This document shows positions 51,591-61,800 of a stretch of DNA of 64,000 nucleotides, piece after piece. Positions within the stretch are counted from its first letter, which is position 1. Each line of letters starts with the position of its first letter. The DNA is from Eledone cirrhosa. Taxonomy: Eukaryota. The stretch spans positions 361,212,001-361,276,000 of the forward strand of contig OZ024742.1 in NCBI GenBank assembly GCA_964016885.1, read 5' to 3'. The notes under the pieces are model-generated. The model did no database searches. It saw only the letters and a list, made by a program, of their open reading frames with translations, and had not been told where the DNA came from. The translations under genes were made by a program, and so were the position numbers.

Positions 51591-53245
51591 GCGAATAAAC
51601 TCCATATGCTGAATAGAAGTAAATGTGAACTTATGAGATGAAGTAACAACTGTGCACAACTAATCTTGCCCTGGCTCTGGCCATAACAGTAAGTTAGTTT
51701 AGTAAACCCATTGCTTGAAATGATAATGGCATACTAAAATTCTGTATTTATTAGCACAACATGCTGAGTAGATTGAGAGAAATTTCTCATTGCTCATTTT
51801 AATTAAATATACAAAAAGGAAACGTCTGCAGAAGATTTCAAGATATTTTCAATTAAAAATCAAAGTAATGATCATAATTCTTTTTTCAGTCAATAGAATT
51901 TAGAGGAAAATAATTTAAAACGTTTTGCTTTAATGTACTTTAATTAAGTACACAAAGTGGTTGGGAATGTTTATTTGTAAACTACTGCAAATGTTGGGTA
52001 TTACATTTATAGAATTTATGTTGTGTTTATTAGTGTTAAGATTGAAAGAACATTGAACAACATGTGTGTGTGTGCATGTGTGTGAAAGTATCATGTTAAA
52101 GGGTGTCTGATTGTTTAAATCAATTGATGAGCTGATCTGAGGTGAAAAATATTTCACCTCTTTTATAACAATAGACCATACAAATACTCACATTATATTT
52201 GCTCTGATTTATAGCAAATCTAAAGACACCACACAACAACAAACACACAAGAACATGTATATACACTACCTCACAATCAAATATAAGTAGTCATACAACC
52301 ACAAACATCTTGTGTACCAATTAAATTCCTTTTATTAATGGCGTATTAATTACATTAATACACCAAATACTGTAAAGGAAAATTATATTTGCAAAAAGTA
52401 TGTTGTTGTGAGATTGGAAAGCTCTGCTCTAGATTTATTATATTGAGAAATTTAGCAAACAGATTTACTCTTAGAATTTGATTTTAAATGGTTTGTTTAA
52501 TTCATAGTTTTGCACACATACATACAAGCAGACAAAAATATCCACAAAATATATATATGGGACAAAATGTTGAGTTAAAAGAAGACAATGGCATGAGAAA
52601 AAATCAAATGATGTTGGACTGACCTCTGAAATTGAAATGAAAAAGATATTTAGATGCCTCAATCGATACTGTCACTCAACAAATAAAAAAACCTATTTGA
52701 ATGACTGTATCTTGTCATCCAAAGTATTATTTCTTCATCTCAATCAGATCAATTGATGACAAATTTGAATTCAATACAACAGGAATCACGAAGAAAAGAG
52801 ACTGAAGAATGTTCGTGAGTTCTCTAAAGGGATTGGAAAGACGTTTCTCTAGAGCATCTAAAATTCAGTTTCAACATTTGGAGCCCACAATGATATTGAT
52901 GAGATTACTTTTGACAAAAGCTGTCAGCATATAAGCATAGATTTTCTAAGCTGAAATTAATAAAGAATTTTCATCATTTACTGGGCAGTTCTTTCTATTG
53001 AAAGAAAATATACTGAATCACTTGGTGTTAAGATCATAAAAAATCAGAATAACGCATACATAGATATTAAAAAGGATAACTACCTCAATCTAATGTTTTT
53101 TCCTGTTTGTTTGAGGATAAATACATGATTACACGTCTACCAGATATAAACAACATGTATTTGAATTTTGCATTTCTAAAGAAATGCTGTGTGTTTATAA
53201 ATAAATATTTAGAAAGCCATAGTTATACAATAACACTGGCAGCTA

Positions 53246-53259
53246 GCGCCACCTAGCGG
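53246..53259. promoter_or_regulatory. CTCF-like binding motif
   Basis: GCGCCACCTAGCGG closely matches the bilaterian CTCF core consensus GCGCCMYCTAGYGG. Confidence 0.45.
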
Positions 53260-53283
53260 TGTCCAGCAGAAGCAAGGGGGACA

Positions 53284-53327
53284 ATCATCGATGCATTTCG
53301 AACTTGACTGGTTCTCATCAGGACGAT
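53284..53327 (-). ncRNA. Minimal type I hammerhead ribozyme with a complete core
   Basis: Minus strand: ATCGTC-CTGATGA-GAAC-cagtcaa-GTTC-GAAA-TGCA-TC-GATGAT. Stem I 6 bp, stem II 4 bp, palindromic TGCA in place of stem III, AUC triplet. Confidence 0.85.
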
Positions 53328-53827
53328 CTCTCCCGCTCTTGCAACAGCTGGACTTGGGAAACGGGCGAAAATATATTTTTTTTTCATCTGTGTAAATGAG
53401 GTGGTTAATCTCATTTGCATATGAAGCTGTATAAGTTGGCTCAACCTTTGTTTATTCATAAACAACTGTATTTCTTTAGAAATACCAAATTCAAATGCAT
53501 AGTTTTTCTATTCTATTCTCTATTTTACTCGTGCGTAATGCAATTAATGATTATATCTACAACACAGAAGGAATCATATTTAACTGGGTGATGTCTAAAA
53601 ACATCTGACTCATAAAATGACAAGTCAGTCAAAAGCATAGTTGTGTACAGCTATGTTCGAAGTTAAATTCTAATTCTATAAACAAAATCTTTGAGTACAT
53701 GGAAACTATGAAAAGATGCAACAATAGCAACTTCTGTTTTACAACATCCCATGTTACCTATTTTGTTTTTCGCTTCTTTTGTTTGCATAATCTGCCTCCC
53801 ATTGACCTTCAATATTTGAAATGTTAT

Positions 53828-54068
53828 CAAAAATAACATTTCAAATATTGTTTCTACTTTTGCCACAATGCCAGCAATTACTCAGTGTATTAATGGTACT
53901 TTATTTTATCAACCCTGTAAGGATGAAAGGCAAAGTTAAACTTCAAATCTCACCGAGGTTAACTTTGCTTTTCATCCTTACAGGGTCGATAAAATAAAGT
54001 ACCAGTAATGTACTGGTTAATTGCTGGCCTTGTGCCAAAAGTAGAAACTACTTGAAATGTTATTTTTG
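53828..54068. mobile_element. SINE fragment arranged as a head-to-head inverted duplication
   Basis: Arms 53850-53939 / 53959-54048 are SINE body. Pairing continues outside them (CAAAAATAACATTTCAA / TTGAAATGTTATTTTTG). Confidence 0.8.
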
Positions 54069-54243
54069 TTATTTCCTTTTTTCCCCTTTTTATTTTTTTT
54101 ATTTTACTTTTTAGGGTTTTTCTATTACTTGTCCCCCTAGCTCTTTTTGTTTACCAACTGTAAGGAGTACTCAATACTTCCCCGAGTCTGTAATGGCTTA
54201 CTAGCTCTATACGGACGTTTAAATTCAATAAATAAATAAATAC

Positions 54244-54350
54244 CTCAGTCCAATGTTTTTTCTAGTTTCTCTGAGGTTAAATACATCGTCATTTAGTGTT
54301 TTTCTTTTTACTGTATTCAATTTTTCACACACATTAGGCTTCATTGTTTT
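54244..54350 (-). other. Candidate exon (phase 0 to 2), KTMKPNVCEKLNTVKRKTLNDDVFNLRETRKNIGL
   Basis: ttttcag acceptor, gag|gtattt donor and an open frame. A paralogous 3' part is at 53084-53136. No recognisable protein family. Confidence 0.3.
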
Positions 54351-54377
54351 CTGAAAACAGCAATTAATCTTTAGAAC

Positions 54378-54720
54378 ATATCTATCTATCTAGGGCGCGT
54401 AAAATTCCTGAGATCCATGGACGAGTTCTCTGCAGCAGTCTGCCCCTCATCATCGCTACCATGTCCTGCGTCTCCAACAGACTAGTGTCTGTCCTTAGGG
54501 CATCAAGATGTGTCAACCTCAGTCTTCCTCTTCCAACGTGTCCATGCAGGGGCTCCCACTGAGTGTAATGTCAAATCTAGATGTCGGTGAGCATGTCCAG
54601 CTAACCTTAGTCTTCTCTGTGCTACTTTCAAGCTGACTTTTGTGAGGCTCCCGTACAGCTCTGAGTTCTTCATCCTCAGTGTATACTGATTAATGTTCAG
54701 AGCCATCCTCAGCATTAGAA
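54378..54720 (-). mobile_element. 3' end of a different RTE-like LINE with a (TAGA)n tail
   Basis: ORF 54503-54715 reads MLRMALNI...NSELYGSLTKVSLKVAQRRLRLAGHAHRH. (TATC)n on the + strand at 54380-54392. Confidence 0.75.
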
Positions 54721-54821
54721 TATCCGAGAGGATAATTTATGGTATTTGTTCTAGCTCTCTACACTCTCAGTTCAAATTCCACTTAGTTCAAACTTGCTTT
54801 TCATACCTTCAATAAATACAT

Positions 54822-54930
54822 GATCATCGCCATCATCATTTAACGTCTATCTTCCATGCTGGCATGGATTAGACGGGTTTGTCCCACTTGAGGCAAGTTG
54901 GGTCAGGTGACCAAGTCTCAGGCATAAAAC
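54822..54930 (-). mobile_element. RTE 3'-tail fragment
   Basis: CATCATCATTTAACGTCTATCTTCCATGCTGGCATGGATTAGACGGG, the reverse complement of about 50730-50822. Other tail remnants at about 3060-3105, 4353-4390, 44035-44130 and 55893-55952. Confidence 0.75.
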
Positions 54931-55585
54931 CTGTCACCCTCTCCACTTCTCCCTCACTTTCTTCCGTGGCCTAATAGGCCTTGCTCTTTTTCTCCTTTTC
55001 ATCTCATTTATGGCAATTATATCCCTTTCCTTTACTTCCCTATACAGTCAGATCCGCCCTTTTTTACCCCTTCCTCACTTTTTTCCATATCTATATAATT
55101 AATTATGAAACCTCCAAAAGGTCTGCTTCTTTGATCTCATTCCCGCTTGTCACTTCTCTTCTCTCTATATATATATGTATACCCCTCTCACTTCTCATCT
55201 CATACTTTAGATTCTCTTTCTTTCTCTTCCTCTCCCTGTTTAATAAATGATTATATCTTAACCCAACGTTGTACTATACAAATAGTATTCGGCTGTTTAC
55301 AGCTACCCATCGCACTTAGAATCCTACAGTTTTATGAAAATTCATAATTCTAATACTTTCTTTCTTCCTCTTTCTCACCTCTTTTCTGGAAGAACTCAGC
55401 AAGTTTAAACATGGAGAGGGATGGGCACTAACAGTTTTCAATGCCTAAGACACACCATATATTACTACATCACACCTATCAGGAGTTAAGGGAGTAGGAG
55501 GAGTGTATTTGTTTCTATTGTTTTACATTGTTTGCTTCATTATTACTGTTTCTTAACACAGGTTTCTATTTTCTTCTTGTTGCAG

Positions 55586-55687
55586 GCATCACATTACATA
55601 GATTTTACTATCAGAGAATCATCAAAACTTTCCAATGTGAACGTGACATTGAACCAACAACATTTGTGTTTGAAGTTCAAATAGCAG
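55586..55687 (+). other. Candidate 102-bp symmetrical (phase 1-1) exon, ITLHRFYYQRIIKTFQCERDIEPTTFVFEVQIA
   Basis: Long polypyrimidine tract with tgcag acceptor, cag|gtaaac donor and an open frame. No family recognised. Confidence 0.25.
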
Positions 55688-56009
55688 GTAAACTCCATAT
55701 GGTAAATATTAGTTAATGGGAACTTTTGATATGAGATAATACCATAAGAAACAATCATACCTCATCTACTCTATCCAATTAAATATTTTACAACTAGAGA
55801 TAGGAAGGAAATATATCCGTAGAAAGCTTGCCAAACAAATGCCTGGGAGATCAGTAGCCTAAGCTTCAGTACTGACTTGGTTTATGTAGAGTGTCCAACT
55901 CTTGCAAGCAGGGAAAGTGAAGGTTAAAATAATGATAATTATGATGATGATGAGAGATCTCCTGCTAAAAGTTATATTTTCCTTAAAACATATCTAGATA
56001 GTTTATAGA

Positions 56010-56152
56010 AAGTGGTTAATTGGCAGAGTTGTTAGAACTTTGAATAAAATGCTTTGCCGTATTCTTTTGGCTCTGTACTCTCAGAGTTCAAATTCCACCA
56101 AGGTTAACTTTGTGCTTTATCCATTCAAAGTCGATAAAAAAATGTACCAGTT
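56010..56152 (+). mobile_element. tRNA-derived SINE, decayed (another fragment at about 54735-54812)
   Basis: TGGCAGAGTTGTTAG A-box-like, GAGTTCAAATTCC B-box-like, then AGGTTAACTTTG...GTCGATAAAA..GTACCAG. Confidence 0.7.
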
Positions 56153-57417
56153 TAGTACATTTTTCTAGGGTTCAATTCTTCCTCTTTAACAATTCCTCAG
56201 TTTTCCATTCTCTCACACTCTCTATACTTCTCAGGAACAAATCTGCTGCATTCAGACCTGGAGAGGAGAACATTTCCGGCAAGTTTTAAAACATCCAAGA
56301 AATGCTGTATGTCAATACGGTGTCCCAATGACTCCATCAGAAGTTACAGATTCATACATGCAAGCAGATAGTTTATAGTAAGTTTTCTTTATATAACTCT
56401 TAATTAAACATTGTAACAATCTAAAATTTAGTATTCTTCTGCATTACATAATAAATAGATTCAGAGAAATTTCCATTGAACAGTTTGATTAAATATATGA
56501 AAAAGGAAAAGTCTGCAACAAATTTCAAGGAAATTGAAAGTGAAAATTAATGTAAAAATTTAATTACAATAATAATATTTATTTATTTATTTTTTACCTT
56601 CAATAAAATTTAAAGGAAAATAATTAAAAACTTATTTTGCTGTAGTGTATTTTAATTAACTACATGAAGTAGGGGAGAATGTTTATTTGAAAAATGCAGA
56701 CAAAGTTGTGTTTTAATTTTATACAGTTTTAAACTACTTTCAGATTATTTCGGATTGAAATTCAATAAAAATTATTCAAGAAACAACAAAAATAATTATA
56801 GCTGTTTTTTTTATCTAAAGAATTCTTTTTCAAAAATATTTTTGAATATTGTTTCTAATAATTATCCAATAATCCAAATAGAATCATCTCAAGAGTATTG
56901 CTGAGAAATCCACGAAGGAGAGAGTTAAAACAAAACATTTAGTTTGAGCATAAATAATAGAACTATTTTTGTTGATATAAAATTATTCAGGTTTCTGTTT
57001 GCTTCAGACCATATTTTTTAGTTTTAATGTCCATGTGGAGGGAATTCTTAAATTTTTCATTATATACATGTACCTACAAAATTAATGTTTTGATTCATGC
57101 AAAAGGTCTTCTGCCTGCTTTCATACCAATAGAGTGGCTTGTAATTTTTGGTAGCTATTTCATTCATGTGTATCTATTATAAATAGAGATTATGGCAATC
57201 TACTATGGGCCATGGACGAGATCCATGGCTGGAGCAAGAAACCAAACAAATGAAAGATACTGTGATGGTTTAATAGTACAGTAGATAGATCTATAAAAGA
57301 TAAAAGACATGCCTCTAAAAATGTGAAGAAATGGCGCTGCACAGAACAATATCCACATTTACATAGAATGGAGTTCCATTGGTTTCCATGATGAGTTTTC
57401 CAGTTATTTGTTCATCA

Positions 57418-57553
57418 GAGCAGTCAGCTTATGAAATTAACATGTAAGTAAGTGAGAATTCCACAGTCAAACATACCCTCAATGTAATTCTTAGGGAGAT
57501 TCAGCATAAGATGTGTGGACAGGCTGAGCCTTTGAATTACAAGTTTTGCCAGT
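57418..57553 (+). mobile_element. Probable SINE central-domain fragment
   Basis: GAAATTAACATGTAAGT..GAG..TTCCACAG...CCCTCAATGTAATTCTTAGGGAGATTCAGC resembles a common cephalopod SINE body from memory. Single copy in this window. Confidence 0.35.
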
Positions 57554-57642
57554 CAAATGGCTTTCAAACAGTTTTCATCCACATATTGTCACTCTCATGG
57601 CATGGTTCAACCCAAGACTCTGGCACATCATTCCTGTCTTAA

Positions 57643-57857
57643 CCCTTTACCATTTACATTACTCTATATTTACTATTCTATCTTCACACTAAACACTTTA
57701 TCTCACAAAATTATCCCACATAATATCAAATCTAGATTTTTATATTTATTATGAGAACAATACCTTAACATCAGTATGTGCAGTCAGGCAAGGCCAGTTT
57801 GAACAGAAAGAGGTGAGAGAATTCTGGCCAGATATGGCTGGTTTAAATGCTAAAGGA
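57643..57857 (-). mobile_element. TTAA-flanked MITE
   Basis: TTAA|CCCTTTACCATTTAC ... TAAATGCTAAAGGA|TTAA; reverse-complement homolog of 48991-49202. Confidence 0.85.
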
Positions 57858-58599
57858 TTAAGATGTCATGCAACAGGATAAAACCTGGGGTCTAAAGATT
57901 GTGAAGTGACCCTTGATCCTTCAGTCATGCTGCATCTATTTACAAAAAATTGACACAAGCTGAATGCAAGATATTCACCTATGTTCTGCAATGAGAGAAC
58001 CAGAAATGTGGTGTTCTATATTGCCAGGCAGTGTCTCAGCCTGATTGACCTCATTTAGAATTATCAAAAACTGACACTGAGGAGAAAGAGGCTTGGAAAT
58101 ATTATAAGAGTTAATTCAATATGGAGATTATATGGGAGGATGATGGAGTACAAGAATTCGATGCAACAGAGGTAGAAATATGTAGGGAGAGCCAAAGAAA
58201 CAACTATAACAGCAACAAACTAATGGACTAAGTTTGAAAATTAAAAGAAAGTGCTTTAGCATCACTAAGAAGAAAAATCAGCTTACTCATGGGTCCCAAA
58301 TAATAAGGGGAGGGGGGTAAGTGGGGGTGAAAAGTCGATAATCTTTATAGGTTGTCTCCCTAGATTTTTTTTAAAACCTAGAATTAGTCGTTTACTTTAC
58401 ATATTGAGAGCCCAACCCATCCTATTTATTTTATAATGTATGGGATTTCTAGTAATGTAATTTTTTGGTCATGTATAATGTTTTTTAATGTCTAATGAAA
58501 ATTGTCACAGGAATGCTACCAATTAAAATAAAAGTTTGCTGGAGATAGACTAGCAAAATACAATAATATGAGGGTAGTTGGAGAAATCTGACAAATAAA

Positions 58600-58825
58600 T
58601 AAACAGAGTGATTTTTGAATTTTTATGAGAACAGTACCACTGGTGTTGTCTTGCTAGGGCGATAACTACAATATGGTTTAACTAAGAGTAAGCCACTCTA
58701 ATTGGCATTTGTTAATGTGTAGGAAACCTTTGACAGTGTAGCATGCCCTGAAATGTGGTAATCTTTGAAAAAATTAGGTGTAGATAAATTTCTTGTAAGA
58801 GTGCACAGAATCACCATCGGCAGAA
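58600..58825 (+). mobile_element. Decayed RTE LINE RT fragment (motif A region) running into the minisatellite
   Basis: KSKPL*LAFVNV*ETFDSVACPEMW*SLKKLGVDKFLVRV, compared with the RTE pattern AFVDLEKAFDRVPR..IW..LRKLGV.EWLVR. Confidence 0.75.
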
Positions 58826-61800
58826 GCTATACATAGAATTACCATCATCAAAGGGTATATATAGCTATACATAGAATTACCATCAACAAAGGGTATATAG
58901 CTATGCATAGAATTACCATCATCAAAGGGTATATATAGCTATACATAGAATTACCATCAACAAAGGGTATATAGCTATGCATAGAATTACCATTATCAAA
59001 GGGTATATAAGCTATACACAGAATTACCATCATCAAAGGGTATATATAGCTATACATAGAATTACCATCAACAAAGGGTATATAGCTATGCATAGAATTA
59101 CCATCAACAAAAGGTATATAGCTATACATAGAATTACATCAACAAAGGGTATATAGCTATACATAGAATTACCATCAACAAACAGTATATAGCTATACAT
59201 AGAATTACCATCATCAAAGGGTATATAAGCTATACATAGAATTACCATCAACAAAGGGTATATAGCTATACATAGAATTACCATCAACGAACAGTATATA
59301 GCTATACACAGAATTACCATCATCAAAGGGTATATATAGCTATACATAGAATTACCATTATCAAAGGGTATATAGCTATACATAGAATTACCATGATCAA
59401 AGGGTATATAGCTATACATAGAATTACCATCATCAAAGGGTATATAGCTATACATAGAATTACCATGATCAAAGGGTATATAGCTATACATAGAATTACC
59501 ATCAACAAAGGGTATATAGCTATACATAGAATTACCATCATCAAAGGGTATATAGCTATACATAGAATTACCATCAACGAACAGTATATAACTATACACA
59601 GAATTACCATCATCAAAGGGTATATATAGCTATACATAGAATTACCATTATCAAAGGGTATATAGCTATACATAGAATTACCATGATCAAAGGGTATATA
59701 GCTATACATAGAATTACCATCATCAAAGGGTATATAGCTATACATAGAATTACCATGATCAAAGGGTATATAGCTATACATAGAATTACCATCAACAAAG
59801 GCTATATAAGCTATACATAGAATTACCATCAACAAACAGTATATAGCTATACATAGAATTACCATCATCAAAGGGTATATAAGCTATACATAGAATTACC
59901 ATCAACAAACAGTATATAGCTATACATAGAATTACCATGATCAAAGGGTATATATAGCTATACATAGAATTACCATCAACAAAAAGTATATAGCTATACA
60001 TAGAATTACCATCATCAAAGGGTATATAGCTATACATAGAATTACCATGATCAAAGCGTATATATAGCTATACATAGAATTACCATCATCAAAAGGTATA
60101 TAGCTATACATAGAATTACGATCAACAAACAGTATATAGCTATACATAGAATTACCATCAACAAACAGTATAAAGCTATACATAGAATTACCATCAACAA
60201 ACAGTATATAGCTATACACAGAATTACCACCATCAAAGGGTATATATAGCTATACATAGAATTACCATCAACAAACAGTATATAGCTATACATAGAATTA
60301 CCATCAACAAAGGGTATATAGCTATACATAGAATTACCATCATCAAAGGGTATATAGCTATACATAGAATTACCATCAACAAACAGTATATAGCTATACA
60401 CAGAATTACCATCATCAAAGGGTATATATAGCTATACATAGAATTACCATCATCAAAGGGTATATAGCTATACATAGAATTACCATGATCAAAGGGTATA
60501 TAGCTATACATAGAATTACCATCAACAAAGGGTATATAGCTATACATAGAATTACCATCATCAAAGGGTATATAAGCTATACATAGAATTACCATCAACA
60601 AACAGTATATAGCTATACATAGAATTACCATGATCAAAGGGTATATATAGCTATACATAGAATTACCATCAACAAAAAGTATATAGCTATACATAGAATT
60701 ACCATGATCAAAGGCTATATAGAGCTATACATAGAATTACCATCATCAAAAGGTATATAGCTATACATAGAATTACCATCAACAAACAGTATATAGCCAT
60801 ACATAGAATTACCATCAACAAAGGGTATATAGCTATACATAGAATTACCATCATCAAAGAGTATATAGCTATACATAGAATTACCATCAACAAACAGTAT
60901 ATAGCTATACACAGAATTACCATCATCAAAGGGTATATATAGCTATACATAGAATTACCATCATCAAAGGGTATATAGCTATACATAGAATTACCATGAT
61001 CAAAGGGTATATAGCTATACATAGAATTACCATCAACAAAGGGTATATAGCTATACATAGAATTACCATCATCAAAGGGTATATAAGCTATACATAGAAT
61101 TACCATCAACAAAGGGGATATAGCCATACATAGAATTACCATCAACAAAGGGGATATAGCCATACATAGAATTACCATCATCAAAGGGTATATAGCTATA
61201 CATAGAATTACCATCATCAAAGGGTATATAAGCTATACATAGAATTACCATCATCAAAGGGTATATAGCTATACATAGAATTACCATCATGAAAGGGTAT
61301 ATATAGCTATACATAGAATTACCATCATCAAAGGGTATATAGCTATACATAGAATTACCATCAACAAACAGTATATAGATATACACAGAATTACCATCAT
61401 CAAAGGGTATATATAGCTATACATAGAATTACCATCATCAAAGGGTATATAAGCTATACATAGAATTACCATCAACAAAGGGTATATAGCTATACACAGA
61501 ATTACCATCAACAAACAGTATAGAGCTATACATAGAATTACCATCACAAAGGGTATATAGCTATACATAGAATTACCATCATCAAAGGGTATATAAAGCT
61601 ATACATAGAATTACCATCATCAAACAGTATATAGCTATACATAGAATTACCATCATCAAAGGGTATATATAGCTATACATAGAATTAATTCATCAAAGGG
61701 TATATAGCTATACACAGAATTACCATCAACAAACAGTATATAGATATACACAGAATTACCATCAACAAACAGTATATAGCTATACATAGAATTACCATCA

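Larger units (their letters stand above)
53155..53500 (-). mobile_element. Inverted-repeat-bounded element containing an intact-looking hammerhead
   Basis: Diverged ~75-bp inverted repeats 53155-53229 / 53428-53500 around a GC-richer core. Confidence 0.65.

Noticed and set aside
52690-52950. Possible exon or hAT transposase relic on the minus strand (LDALEKRLSNPFREL)
   Set aside because: Stops in all frames after the candidate acceptor, and the similarity is too vague.
57385-57420. CTGATGA...GAAA on the minus strand (also a CTGACGA near 3665-3671)
   Set aside because: No stem II closes directly between the core halves; likely chance.
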